Shown piece after piece: positions 53,107 to 63,481 of a DNA stretch of 64,000 nt. A model generated the notes under the pieces. The model searched no databases and was not told the origin of the DNA. It saw nothing but the letters and a program-made list of their open reading frames with translations. Origin of the DNA: an uncultured Gemmatimonadaceae bacterium (GTDB taxonomy: Bacteria; Gemmatimonadota; Gemmatimonadetes; Gemmatimonadales; Gemmatimonadaceae). The stretch is taken from positions 288,001 through 352,000 of the forward strand of contig CAWGJO010000020.1 of NCBI GenBank assembly GCA_963822945.1, given 5' to 3'. Position numbers and translations under genes: made by a program. Each line of letters begins with the position of its first letter. The first letter of the stretch is position 1.

Positions 53107-56025
53107 ATGGATCGACTTCGCTCCACCCTGCGGCTGCGCGTGACATCGGCCTGGCTCGTATGTGCCGGCGTCATCGCAGCACTCACCGCCGTACCACTCG
53201 CCACCGCGTCCGCGCAGGGCGGTGGCATGGTGGTTGGCACCGTGACCGATCGCGGTACTGGACAGCCGCTGCAAGGCGCCAGCGTTCTCGTCGCGGGAAC
53301 GCAGCTCGGCGCGACCACCGACGGACGCGGACATTACGTCATCCGCGGCGCGAGCGGCCAGGTGACCGTGCACGTGCAGCGCATCGGGTTCCGGCCGGCC
53401 TCGAAGGTCGTGCAGGTGCCCGCCGGCGATTCCGTCGCCGCCGACTTCAGCTTGTCGGTGAGCGCGGTGCAACTCACCCAGGTTGTGACGACCGGAACGG
53501 GCGGCGCCGTCTCCAAGCGAGAATTGGGCGCCCCGCTGGCAATCGTCGACGTGGCGCAGATCCAGGCCGTCAAACCGTCCAACGACATGACGCAGGTGCT
53601 GGAGGGCCAGGTGGCCGGCCTGCGGTCGGTGAGCGTCGGCGGCGGGGTCGGCGGCGCCATGGACCTGCGCATTCGCGGTGTGTCGAGCTTCACGCTCGAC
53701 CAGCGCCCGGTGGTGTACATCGACGGCGTCAAGGTCGACAATCGCGCCACCGACTGGACCGCCAGCCTGGGGAACCAGGGCTGCTGCAACTTCAACGGCG
53801 GCGTGGGTGAGGATCGCCTCTCCGACCTCAATCCCAACGACATCGATCACATCGAAGTGCTGAAGGGCGCGGCGGCGGCCACGCTGTACGGCTCCGACGC
53901 ATCCAACGGCGTCATTCAGATCTTCACCAAGCACGGGCAGAACGACAGCCCGCCGCAGTGGACGATCGGCGCCGGGGTGGGCTTCGATCGGCAGCGTCCG
54001 AACTATCCGACGAAGCTCTACCCGAACTTCACCGGGCCCGACGGCACGCGCGCGCTCGACATGAACAAGACGCTCATCAAGAGCGGCCCCTACGGCTCCT
54101 ACGACATCCAGGTGCGCGGCGGCGCCAAGCAGGCCACCTACTTCGTGTCGGGTGCCTACTCCGACGAGGTGGGCAGCATCCAGCCCAACGACGAGAAGCG
54201 CGGCAACCTGCGCGTCAACGTCACCTGGGACGCGAACACCAAGTGGAAGTTCGCGGTCCGCTCGGCGTTCGATCACAACATGATCAACTCGCTCCAGTCC
54301 GGGAACAACTGGACGTCGCTCACCGGCAACGCGTCCAACGGCGACCCGCGGCAGGCGACGGCGCTGCGCCCCTACGGCGAGGCCTGGGTATCGGTGAAGG
54401 ACATCCAGACGATGACGTCGTACAACTCCGCCAACCACTGGACGGGTGGCCTGACGGTCAACTACCAGCCATTCGAGCACTTCCAGAACCGCCTCACGCT
54501 GGGCAGCGACATGGTCGGCGAAGCGAAAGTCCGCTTCTTCCCGCCCGACGGAAACTTCAGCAGCGCGTACGTGAACAACGGCGAGAAGGACGACGATTAC
54601 CGGAATCAGACCATCTACACCGCCGACTACCTCGGCCAGATCTCGTTCAAGCTGCCGTTCGGGATCGGATCGGACTTCGCGTTCGGCGGCCAGGGCTACT
54701 ACGACACCGAGTGGCTCAGCGCGGCGATCGGAAAAGTGTTCGCCGGCCCGGGCGTGTCGACCGTCTCCTCGGCGTCGCAGACCTTCGGCGGCGAGATCTA
54801 CACGCACCAGGTCAACCTGGGCGGGCTCGTCCAGGACCGTTTCTCGTACGGCGGCCGCCTGTACACCACGGTCGGCCTGCGCATCGACGGGAACAGCGCG
54901 TTCGGCAAGAACTACGGCTTCCAGAAGTACCCGAAGATCGACGTCGCGTACAATCTCGACGGCTACAAGTGGCTGCCGAGCTGGATCAACAGCTTCAAGC
55001 TGCGCGGCGCCATCGGCAAGGCGGGCAAGGCCCCCGGCCCGTACGACGCCTTCCTGACGCTGGCGCCGGGCGCCGTGTTCACCAACACGCCGTCGCTCAC
55101 GCCGTCCAGCCCGGGCAACCTCGATCTCAAGCCCGAGGTGACCACGGAAATCGACGCCGGCTTCGACGCCGGGTTCTTCCACGACCGGCTCGGCCTGTCG
55201 GGCTCGATCTTCCGGTCGGGCACCAACGACGCGATCCTCGCCATCCCCCTCGCGCCCAGCCAGGGCTTCTCGCAGGCCCAGCGGCAGAACGTGGGCGGCA
55301 TCGTCAACCACGGGTGGGACTTCAGCATCAACTGGGTGACCATCGATCGCAACGATCTCCAGTTCAGCAACGACATCAAGCTCGACGGCAATCACAACAA
55401 GATCACCGATCTCGGTACCGCTACACCGACCACGTCGGTGCGGGTAGGCTACCCCGTGGGAGGTGTGTGGGCCGTGGCACCCAAGTCGTATGACGCAGGC
55501 ACCAAGACCTGGGTGTCCACGGATACGGCGGTGTACTTCGGGCCACCGATGCCGACCTTCAACTTCTCGTACAGCCCGACGGTCCGGTTCAAGGCGTTCC
55601 AGGCCTACCTGCTGGTTACGGCCGCGCGCGGCGCGATGTTCAACAACGGTGACCGTCCGTACCGCTTCCGTGAGCACACGGGCGACGAGTACCTCAAGCT
55701 GCTCGGACCCGGCGGCGCCGACACGCCGGCGGCGGACTCCACGGTTGCCCTGTGGTCGCGGTTCACCGACATCGAGTCCCGTGACAACGTCGAGTTGCGC
55801 GAGATCTCGGTGGCGTGGAGCGTGCCCCGGTCACTGTCCGCATTCGCCCGGCTGGGCGAGACCTCGGTGACGTTCAGCGTCCACAACGTGATGTGGTGGG
55901 ACCACTGCGCGTGCCAGGACCCGTACACCAACTGGGCCGGCGCATCCGCATTCAACGTCGCCTCGGCGTTCCTCACCGACCCGGCGCCACGTCAATTCCG
56001 ACTCACCATTCGAAGCCGATACTAG
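53107..56025 (+). CDS. SusC/RagA-family TonB-dependent transporter
   Basis: Carboxypeptidase-regulatory-like N-domain, plug IRG.SS...PVVYIDGV, LNPNDI.HIEVLKGAAAATLYGSDASNGVIQI, LKPE.T.E, C-terminal aromatic. Confidence 0.93.
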   Translation: MDRLRSTLRLRVTSAWLVCAGVIAALTAVPLATASAQGGGMVVGTVTDRGTGQPLQGASVLVAGTQLGATTDGRGHYVIRGASGQVTVHVQRIGFRPASKVVQVPAGDSVAADFSLSVSAVQLTQVVTTGTGGAVSKRELGAPLAIVDVAQIQAVKPSNDMTQVLEGQVAGLRSVSVGGGVGGAMDLRIRGVSSFTLDQRPVVYIDGVKVDNRATDWTASLGNQGCCNFNGGVGEDRLSDLNPNDIDHIEVLKGAAAATLYGSDASNGVIQIFTKHGQNDSPPQWTIGAGVGFDRQRPNYPTKLYPNFTGPDGTRALDMNKTLIKSGPYGSYDIQVRGGAKQATYFVSGAYSDEVGSIQPNDEKRGNLRVNVTWDANTKWKFAVRSAFDHNMINSLQSGNNWTSLTGNASNGDPRQATALRPYGEAWVSVKDIQTMTSYNSANHWTGGLTVNYQPFEHFQNRLTLGSDMVGEAKVRFFPPDGNFSSAYVNNGEKDDDYRNQTIYTADYLGQISFKLPFGIGSDFAFGGQGYYDTEWLSAAIGKVFAGPGVSTVSSASQTFGGEIYTHQVNLGGLVQDRFSYGGRLYTTVGLRIDGNSAFGKNYGFQKYPKIDVAYNLDGYKWLPSWINSFKLRGAIGKAGKAPGPYDAFLTLAPGAVFTNTPSLTPSSPGNLDLKPEVTTEIDAGFDAGFFHDRLGLSGSIFRSGTNDAILAIPLAPSQGFSQAQRQNVGGIVNHGWDFSINWVTIDRNDLQFSNDIKLDGNHNKITDLGTATPTTSVRVGYPVGGVWAVAPKSYDAGTKTWVSTDTAVYFGPPMPTFNFSYSPTVRFKAFQAYLLVTAARGAMFNNGDRPYRFREHTGDEYLKLLGPGGADTPAADSTVALWSRFTDIESRDNVELREISVAWSVPRSLSAFARLGETSVTFSVHNVMWWDHCACQDPYTNWAGASAFNVASAFLTDPAPRQFRLTIRSRY

Positions 56026-56094
56026 CCTCGCGTCTGCCGGCCACCGAGGGCAGGCGGCCGGCGCGCGCGACCTTCACACTTGGAGATACCGATT

Positions 56095-57435
56095 ATGCAT
56101 GGTCTGTTCAGCCGCGGGGCGCGATTGGCGGGATGCGCACTGGCCGCGGTGTCGGTGGTGCTGGTAACGGCATGCCGCGACATCCTGCAGGTCCAGAACC
56201 CGCAAGCGTTCACCAGTGAAGCTGCCAACAATCCCAAACTGCTCCCGGCCGTTGCGGCGGGGGCCGAGGGTCAGTTCCAGTTGTCGATCGCGACGTTCGC
56301 GATCATGACCGGTATGCTCTCGGACGAACTGCAGAACTCGAGTACCTGGATCGATTGGAAACAGGTATCCGACGGCACGATCACCAAGAACTGGCCCACC
56401 GCCGGCGCGTTCAGCGGCGCACAGGACAACCTGCTCCGCGCGCGGTACGACGCCATCTCGGCGGCGGAGCGGTTCGAGTCGGTCATGGGTGACACGGCCA
56501 AGACCAGTCCGTTGTTCATCCAGGTCGAGATCTCGCGGGCGTGGGATGACCTGGAACTGGCAATGGGTTTCTGTGAATCCCCGCCCAGCCCGGGCGTGCC
56601 CGCAGTCTCGGATGCCGCCATGTTTCAGCAGGCGGCGGACAGCCTGAAGGCGCTGCTCCCGATGATCCAGGCCGCACACTTTCAGACCGCGGCCGAACGA
56701 CAGGACCGGCTGAATCTCGCCAATGCCGGATTGGCCCGGGCCAGTCTCATGCTCGGCAACTACGCCGACGCGGACACGTACGCCGCTGCCGTTCCCGCGG
56801 GATACGAGTACGATGCGATCTATTCGACCAACAGCGGATCGCAGAACAACAACATGACGGTCCAGGGCACCTTCACGAACAACCGGTCCTACACCATCCG
56901 CAGCATCTGGGACCAGTACGTGGATACGCTCACCGGCTTCATGCGCGATCCGCTCAGCGGCCAGGACGACCCCCGCATCCCGCTGGGGCACGACAACAAC
57001 AACGCCACCGGGAAGTGGTACGGCGCCGACGGCATCTCGCCGTTCTACAGCATGACCAAGTACATCAACCTCAATTCGCCGATCCCGATCACGAACAAGG
57101 CCGAGATGAATCTGATCCAGGCCGAAGTGGCATGGCACAACACCGACTACACGACGGCCGTGACCGACATGAACATCAACCGCACCGCCGTCGGTCTCCC
57201 GGCGCTGGTCGTGCCGGCCACGAACCAGCAGCAGGGCGTGTTCACCATGCTGCTGCAGGAGCGGTTCGCCACGATGTTCGCCCAGGGCGACCGGTTGCAG
57301 GACATCTACCGGTTCGGTCTCATGGCAACCCGCGTCGGGACCGGACGCCCCTTGAAGCTGCCCCTGTCGTACAACGAGGCACACAACAACCAATCCATCG
57401 GGCCCGGCGGAGGTAAGTGCCCCGATGTGAGCTGA
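56095..57435 (+). CDS. SusD/RagB-family lipoprotein
   Basis: Lipobox VTAC, EMNLIQAEV, LLQER...QGDRLQD.YR; directly after SusC. Confidence 0.88.
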   Translation: MHGLFSRGARLAGCALAAVSVVLVTACRDILQVQNPQAFTSEAANNPKLLPAVAAGAEGQFQLSIATFAIMTGMLSDELQNSSTWIDWKQVSDGTITKNWPTAGAFSGAQDNLLRARYDAISAAERFESVMGDTAKTSPLFIQVEISRAWDDLELAMGFCESPPSPGVPAVSDAAMFQQAADSLKALLPMIQAAHFQTAAERQDRLNLANAGLARASLMLGNYADADTYAAAVPAGYEYDAIYSTNSGSQNNNMTVQGTFTNNRSYTIRSIWDQYVDTLTGFMRDPLSGQDDPRIPLGHDNNNATGKWYGADGISPFYSMTKYINLNSPIPITNKAEMNLIQAEVAWHNTDYTTAVTDMNINRTAVGLPALVVPATNQQQGVFTMLLQERFATMFAQGDRLQDIYRFGLMATRVGTGRPLKLPLSYNEAHNNQSIGPGGGKCPDVS

Positions 57436-57468
57436 GCCGCAAGTGCAAGTGCCGTGAAATGTCGGGCG

Positions 57469-57501
57469 CAACCGGGGTGGGCCGTCGGCCCGCCCCGGTT
57501 G
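57469..57501 (+). terminator. Stem-loop after susD (terminator or mRNA stabiliser)
   Basis: CAACCGGGGTGGGCC-GTC-GGCCCGCCCCGGTTG followed by pyrimidines. Confidence 0.6.
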
Positions 57502-57539
57502 TTCCCTTCCCCACACCCTCCGCGCGACGCACCGTCCCC

Positions 57540-58268
57540 ATGACGCGACCCGAAACGCCTGCCATCATCCTGCCCCATGCCCCGGCGCTCATCACGCGCC
57601 GCGCGTTCATTCACAAAGTCGGATCGACGGCGGCCATCCTCACCGCTGCCACGCTCCTCGGCGACTGCGGCGGCGGCCTGACCAGCCCGGCCGACAACAC
57701 ACCCAAGGGGTCGGTCAAGGGCACGGTCGTCGACCTGCAGGGCAACCCGCAGGCCATCGGGCGTGTCTTTCTGCTCACCGACAGCGGCCTGAACAACGGC
57801 CTGTATGCGGACGTCGACGCCGCCGGGGCGTTCGACCTCGGCGCGGTGGACATCGGGGCCCATCAGGTCCGCTACTGGGGCGGCAACCAGGCCGACGTCC
57901 CGGAAACCTTCGACAACCCCGTCCGCATCACGGTCGCCGCCAACCAGACGGTCACCGTCGACTTCCACATCCAACTCGGCGGCCTCAGCGGCAGCGACCG
58001 CGAGATCTACGCCGGCGACTTCTTCTACCAGGAACAGCCCACCGGATTGCCCAACGCCACCGTCGTCGTGCCACTCGGCACCGGGGTGTGCTGGTACAAC
58101 GTGGGCCGACACACGCACACCGTCACCGGCGGTCCCTGGGGCGACTCGGGTGACATCGCGCCACTCGGCAACTTCATGTGGACCAGCGATCAGGTGGGCA
58201 CCTTCCCGTACCGTTGCACCTATCACAGCCCCGACATGCAGGCGACGCTCCAGGTCGTGCCGGCCTGA
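57540..58268 (+). CDS. Tat-signal protein with beta-sandwich plus cupredoxin (type-1 Cu) domain
   Basis: TRRAFI twin-Arg motif; HTVT ... FPYRCTYHSPDM giving His/Cys/His/Met ligands. Confidence 0.8.
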   Translation: MTRPETPAIILPHAPALITRRAFIHKVGSTAAILTAATLLGDCGGGLTSPADNTPKGSVKGTVVDLQGNPQAIGRVFLLTDSGLNNGLYADVDAAGAFDLGAVDIGAHQVRYWGGNQADVPETFDNPVRITVAANQTVTVDFHIQLGGLSGSDREIYAGDFFYQEQPTGLPNATVVVPLGTGVCWYNVGRHTHTVTGGPWGDSGDIAPLGNFMWTSDQVGTFPYRCTYHSPDMQATLQVVPA

Positions 58269-58327
58269 ACGGCCGCACCCCAGCGTCGTTCCGCATGATG
58301 CTTCCATCCGCTCGGAGGAGCGTGAAC

Positions 58328-60949
58328 ATGACAGGTCCCGGAATCTCCGCCACCGTCCGTCTCTGGGCCGGTGCGCTCTTTGCCGCTGCCGTGCCCGCCG
58401 GTCACGCGACCCGCGTGTCGCAGTGGCTCGTGCTGGGTCCCGTGCCGGCGGTGGCGCCGGCGTTTGGGGCCTCGAGCGACTCGGTGTTGCTCGCCTCCGG
58501 GCGCGTGTCCCTCGCGCACGGCTGGCCCGCCGCCGGCGACGCGGAGCAGTGGCTCGACGGCGCGACGGTCAGTTGGCAGGCGCAGAACGCCGCCGCGGGG
58601 ACGCTCCGCCTGGCCGTCACCGCACCGTCGTTGGCGTTCGCCGTGACCTACCTCGACGCCGATCGATGGACGGAAGCGAAGATCACCGTATCGGGCGGCG
58701 CCGCGCGGCGGGTCACGGTGGACGGCCGCCCGGTGGCGGCTGGCCCCGTGGCGCTGGAACGTGGCAAGCACGTGCTGTTCGTGGAGGCGGTGCTGCGGCC
58801 CGGCGCCGGATCGGGGCTCACGGCCAGCGTGGAGCCGACGACACCCGGGGCCCGCATCACCACCGGCGTCGATCCGCGACACGCGGCCTCGCTGCGCGAG
58901 TTGATGTCCACCACCGACGTCACCGGCATCGCCGTCGCCGCCGCCGGCAATCGCGTGGCGTGGATCGCCCGCCGCGTGGACGAGGTCAACGACGACGCGG
59001 CGACCGTGCTCGAAATCCACGACCTCATCTCGGGCCGGCTGCTGGGCCAGGTACACGGACGCGGACTCGCGGCGGCGCGCTGGTCGCGCGACGGGAGCGC
59101 GCTGGCATACGAATCGGCGACCGACGAGAAGGGCGGCTCGGGCCGCGACCTCTGGCTCTACGATCCGGCTACCAACCAGAGCCGGCGCGTGCTCCGGAAC
59201 GAGCACGGCCTCGGCACCGTGGACTGGTCGCCCGACGGCCGCTGGATCTACTTCTCGGCGGCCCGGCATGTCGGCGAAGCCGAGCAGTACAAGCCGGGCG
59301 ACCTCCAGCGGCTCACGCAGGTGTGGGACCGGTGGTCGTTCTATCCGGAGAAGGCGCAGCTGTTCGCGCTCGACACGCAGGCCGGAACGATCGTGCAACT
59401 GCTTGGCGACACGCTCACCTCCGCCGAAGCGCCAACCGTGTCTCCCGACGGGAACGCCATCGTGTTCGCCCGGAGCGTGCGCACCGACTCCGCACCGCCC
59501 TGGCTGCGCGCTCAACTGTGGGTCCTGAACCTGCGTGATCGGAGCGTGCACAAGCTGCTCGACCTGCCACACGAAGCATTCGGCGCGCCCACCGCGTTCG
59601 CCTGGTCGCCCGACGGCAAGGCGGTGGCCTTCTGCGCCAGCGCCGAGGAATTGCAGGCGCACCCCGCGAAGACGTTCAGCGTATACGAGTCGGAGCTGTA
59701 CGCCACCACCGTGGGGCATCCGTCGCTCGTGCACCTGAGCGCCGGCTTCGTGCCCGCCGTGACGTGCAGCCGTCCGCTGTACTGGAGCGCGGCGGACGGG
59801 CGGATCTACGTCACGGCCGACGACGGGGCGCAGACGATTCCGGCGCGCACGTCGGCCCCGGTGCCGAGCACGCTCGACCAGCAGCCGCCGCTCGAAGCCG
59901 TGGCGATGCCGGGCAACAACATCGTCGCCTACGACTTCGCCGGGAACAACCTGGTGGCCGCCATCGAGACGCCCGTGTCACCGTCGGTCGTGTATCGAAT
60001 TCCGCTCGCCGGCGGGGCGGCCGTGGCCATCGCCAATCCGTCGAGCGACGTGCTCACGTCGTCCATCGAACTCCCGACCTGGCACCCCTGGAGCTTCACC
60101 GACAGCCACGGCACGAAGATCGAGTCGTGGTACTGGCTCCCGCCCGGCTTCGATTCCACGAAGACGTACCCGATGATCGTGCACTACTACGGCGGCACCC
60201 TGCCGATGAAGGAGACGTTCGACGAACGCCTGGTCTGGTTCGCGAACAACGGCTACGTGATCTGGATGTGCAATCCGGCCGGCGCGCCGGGCTACGGGCA
60301 GGCCTTCGCCGACCTGCACATCAACGACTGGGGCTACCCGGCCGGCACCGACATCATCGAGGGCGTGCAACAGTTCGAGAAGACCCACCCGTTCGTGGAC
60401 GCCGCCCATGTGGGCAACTTCGGCCATTCCTACGGCGGGTTCATGACCATGCACATGGCCACCCGCACGTCGCTGTTCGCCACGTCCATCGAGATCTCGG
60501 GCATCAGCAACATCGCCGACTACTGGGGCGTGGGCTGGACGGGGTACAGCTATACGGAGGGTACCTGTCCCTCGTGCTACCCCTGGAACCGGCGCGACGT
60601 CTACGTGAACCGGTCGCCGCTGTTCAACGCCGACAAGATCCACACACCGATGCTGCTGATCCACGGCACATCGGACACCAACGTGCCGGAGAACGAGAGC
60701 GAGCAGATGTTCACGGCGCTTCGTATGCTCGGCCGTGAAGCCGAGTTCGTGCGGGTGTACGGCGAGAACCACGGGATCAATTCCAAGCCGTCGATCACGC
60801 GCCACCTGTACGGCGTGATGCTCGACTGGTACGACCGGTTCCTGCGCCAGGAGCCCTCGGCCTGGACCGCGCGCTGGCGGGACGGCAACCGCGTGGCCGG
60901 CATGCAGGCGGGCGGCACGCCCACGGTGCCCGCTCCCACCATCCACTAA
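58328..60949 (+). CDS. S9C (acylaminoacyl-peptidase-like) peptidase with an extra N-terminal beta domain
   Basis: WSPDG repeats, YYGG, GYGQAF, GHSYGG, IHGTSDTNV, GENHG. Confidence 0.88.
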   Translation: MTGPGISATVRLWAGALFAAAVPAGHATRVSQWLVLGPVPAVAPAFGASSDSVLLASGRVSLAHGWPAAGDAEQWLDGATVSWQAQNAAAGTLRLAVTAPSLAFAVTYLDADRWTEAKITVSGGAARRVTVDGRPVAAGPVALERGKHVLFVEAVLRPGAGSGLTASVEPTTPGARITTGVDPRHAASLRELMSTTDVTGIAVAAAGNRVAWIARRVDEVNDDAATVLEIHDLISGRLLGQVHGRGLAAARWSRDGSALAYESATDEKGGSGRDLWLYDPATNQSRRVLRNEHGLGTVDWSPDGRWIYFSAARHVGEAEQYKPGDLQRLTQVWDRWSFYPEKAQLFALDTQAGTIVQLLGDTLTSAEAPTVSPDGNAIVFARSVRTDSAPPWLRAQLWVLNLRDRSVHKLLDLPHEAFGAPTAFAWSPDGKAVAFCASAEELQAHPAKTFSVYESELYATTVGHPSLVHLSAGFVPAVTCSRPLYWSAADGRIYVTADDGAQTIPARTSAPVPSTLDQQPPLEAVAMPGNNIVAYDFAGNNLVAAIETPVSPSVVYRIPLAGGAAVAIANPSSDVLTSSIELPTWHPWSFTDSHGTKIESWYWLPPGFDSTKTYPMIVHYYGGTLPMKETFDERLVWFANNGYVIWMCNPAGAPGYGQAFADLHINDWGYPAGTDIIEGVQQFEKTHPFVDAAHVGNFGHSYGGFMTMHMATRTSLFATSIEISGISNIADYWGVGWTGYSYTEGTCPSCYPWNRRDVYVNRSPLFNADKIHTPMLLIHGTSDTNVPENESEQMFTALRMLGREAEFVRVYGENHGINSKPSITRHLYGVMLDWYDRFLRQEPSAWTARWRDGNRVAGMQAGGTPTVPAPTIH

Positions 60950-60971
60950 CGCCTACCGGAGACGCATCCAC

Positions 60972-63356
60972 ATGCCGTTGCCGAGACGCACGGTCACGTC
61001 CGCCGCCCACCGGCTCGCGCTCACCGTGGCGATCGCAGGACTCGTCGCGGGCGCCCAGCCCTGCACCGCCGGAGCCCAGGGGACCCGCGACGACTATGCG
61101 CGCGCCGAGCGGTTCCTCGGCCCGAATGCGCAGGAACTGGTGATCGACGACGCCGTGCAGCCCCGCTGGTTCGGTCCCGATCGCTTCTGGTACCGCAACC
61201 GCTCCGACCAGGGCTACGTCTTCATGACCGTCGATGCCACCACCGGCATCCGCCGGCCCGCCTTCGACCAGGCGCGGCTGGCCGCGGCGCTCTCGACGGC
61301 CGCCGACACCGCGTACGACCCGCACGCCCTCCCGTTCCGCGAGATCAAATTCGTCGACGGCGACCGCAGCGTGCGGTTCTCCGTGGGCAAGAACCGCGAA
61401 TGGACGTGCAGCATCGTGACCTACACCTGCGCGGGCCCGGATTCGATCCCGCTCGACACGGTGACCGAGGTCGCGTCGCCCGACGGGAAGTGGGTGGCCT
61501 TCACGCGGGACGACAATCTGTGGGTGCGTGAAACGGCCACCGGTCACGAAGTGCAGCTCACCAACGACGCGGAGCCCGATTACGGATACGCCAAGCCCAC
61601 GGGGTGCTGCGCCCAGGTCACCAGCGTGGTGCGCCACCTGCCGCAGCGACCGGTGCTCGTGTGGTCGCCCGACTCGAAGTACATCGCGACGTACAAGATG
61701 GACGAGCGTCACGTGCGCCGCATGTATCTGCTGGAGACCAAGAGTCCGGCCTTCGTCCTGCACAGCTATCCCTACGCGCTTCCGGGCGACTCGGTGATCC
61801 CGACCTACGACACGTACGTGTTCGATGTGGCGGCGCGACACGGCGTGAAGGTCGATCGCTCGCCCCAGCAGGCCGTGAACACGACCTGCTGTTGGCTCAC
61901 CACGCAGGACAGCGTGGTGAAGGACGTGAAGTGGGATCCCACGGGCGAGCATCTGTTCATGACGTACGGGCACCGGGGCTACCACCAGCTCGATCTGCTG
62001 GACGTGGACCCCGCCACGGGTCACGCCCGCACCGTGCTCACCGAGAAGAGCAAGACGTTCGTCGAGACCAACCTGGCATCGGGTGGCGTGCCCGACTGGC
62101 GCCCGCTGCGCCACGGCCGTGAAGTGATCTGGTTCTCGGAGCGCGACGGCTGGGCCCACCTCTACCTGTACGACGCGCGCACCGGCGCGATGGAGCACCG
62201 GATCACCGGCGGGGCGTGGACGGTGGGCGACGTGCTCCGCGTGGACGAGACCGGAGGCTGGGTCTATTTCACGGCTCGCGGGCGGGAGCCGGGGCGCGAT
62301 CCCTACTTCCGCTTCCTGTACCGCGTGAAACTCGACGGCAGCGGCATGCAGTTGCTGACGCCCGAAGACGCCGACCACGACGTGTCGTTCGCCCCGTCGG
62401 GCGCCGAGTTCCTGGACAACTATTCGCGGCTCGACGCGACGCCGGTGACGGTCGTTCGCCGCGCCGACGGCACGCTCGTTCACGAAGTGCAGAAGGCCGA
62501 CGCGAGCCGCCTGTTCGCCATCGGATGGAAGTATCCGACCCCGATCACCGTCAAGGCGCGTGACGGCATCACCGATCTCTACGGCGTGCTCTACCGCCCG
62601 TCCAACTTCGATTCCACCAAGCGGTATCCGATCATCGACTACATCTATCCCGGCCCACAGACCGGCCCGATCGGCGACCGCACCTTCGCCTCCGCCCTGC
62701 GGAGCAGCAACGCCGCCATGGCGCAGCTCGGATTCTTCGTCGTCGAGATCGACGCCATGGGCACACCCTTCCGGTCCAAGGCGTTTCACGACACGTACTA
62801 CGGCAACATGGGCGACAACGGGATCCCGGACCTCGTCACCGGCATCAAGCAACTGGCGGTCCGCTATCCGCAGATCGACCTGAATCGCGTGGGCATCTAC
62901 GGCCACTCGGGAGGCGGATTCTCCTCGACCGACGCCATGCTCCGCTATCCGGATTTCTTCAAGGTGGCGGTGTCGCGCGCCGGCAATCACGACAACCGCA
63001 GCTATGACTACACGTGGGGCGAGAAGTACCAGGGACTCCTGGTGAAGACCAGTGACAGCACGGACAACTACGACAGCCAGGCCAACCAGCGGCTGGCCGC
63101 CAACCTCAAGGGCAAGCTGCTGATCATGTACGGCACCATGGACGACAACGTGAGCCCCGTGAACTCGCTGTTGCTGATCGATGCCTTGATCAAGGCGAAC
63201 AAGAACTTCGACACCCTCGTGCTCCCGAACCGGAACCACGGCTTCGGCAACGAACCCTACGTCGTGCGGCGAACCTGGGACTACTTCGTCCGGAACCTGC
63301 TGGGAGTGGAGCCGCCCGAAGGCATCGTGCTGCACATGCCGTCGCCCGGCCGGTAG
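60972..63356 (+). CDS. S9B (DPP IV-like) peptidase 2
   Basis: Paralogue of 50416-52789; GHSGGG, GTMDDNV, RNHG. Confidence 0.92.
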   Translation: MPLPRRTVTSAAHRLALTVAIAGLVAGAQPCTAGAQGTRDDYARAERFLGPNAQELVIDDAVQPRWFGPDRFWYRNRSDQGYVFMTVDATTGIRRPAFDQARLAAALSTAADTAYDPHALPFREIKFVDGDRSVRFSVGKNREWTCSIVTYTCAGPDSIPLDTVTEVASPDGKWVAFTRDDNLWVRETATGHEVQLTNDAEPDYGYAKPTGCCAQVTSVVRHLPQRPVLVWSPDSKYIATYKMDERHVRRMYLLETKSPAFVLHSYPYALPGDSVIPTYDTYVFDVAARHGVKVDRSPQQAVNTTCCWLTTQDSVVKDVKWDPTGEHLFMTYGHRGYHQLDLLDVDPATGHARTVLTEKSKTFVETNLASGGVPDWRPLRHGREVIWFSERDGWAHLYLYDARTGAMEHRITGGAWTVGDVLRVDETGGWVYFTARGREPGRDPYFRFLYRVKLDGSGMQLLTPEDADHDVSFAPSGAEFLDNYSRLDATPVTVVRRADGTLVHEVQKADASRLFAIGWKYPTPITVKARDGITDLYGVLYRPSNFDSTKRYPIIDYIYPGPQTGPIGDRTFASALRSSNAAMAQLGFFVVEIDAMGTPFRSKAFHDTYYGNMGDNGIPDLVTGIKQLAVRYPQIDLNRVGIYGHSGGGFSSTDAMLRYPDFFKVAVSRAGNHDNRSYDYTWGEKYQGLLVKTSDSTDNYDSQANQRLAANLKGKLLIMYGTMDDNVSPVNSLLLIDALIKANKNFDTLVLPNRNHGFGNEPYVVRRTWDYFVRNLLGVEPPEGIVLHMPSPGR

Positions 63357-63481
63357 GCCGGGGCAAGCGGCTCGCGCCGGTCCCGGCTCAGCGCCGGGGC
63401 CGGCGCGCCTGCGCGTCTTGGGGGATATGCTATCTTACCCAGCGACGTGATGACCACCCTCTCCCTTCCCGCCGACCGCCG

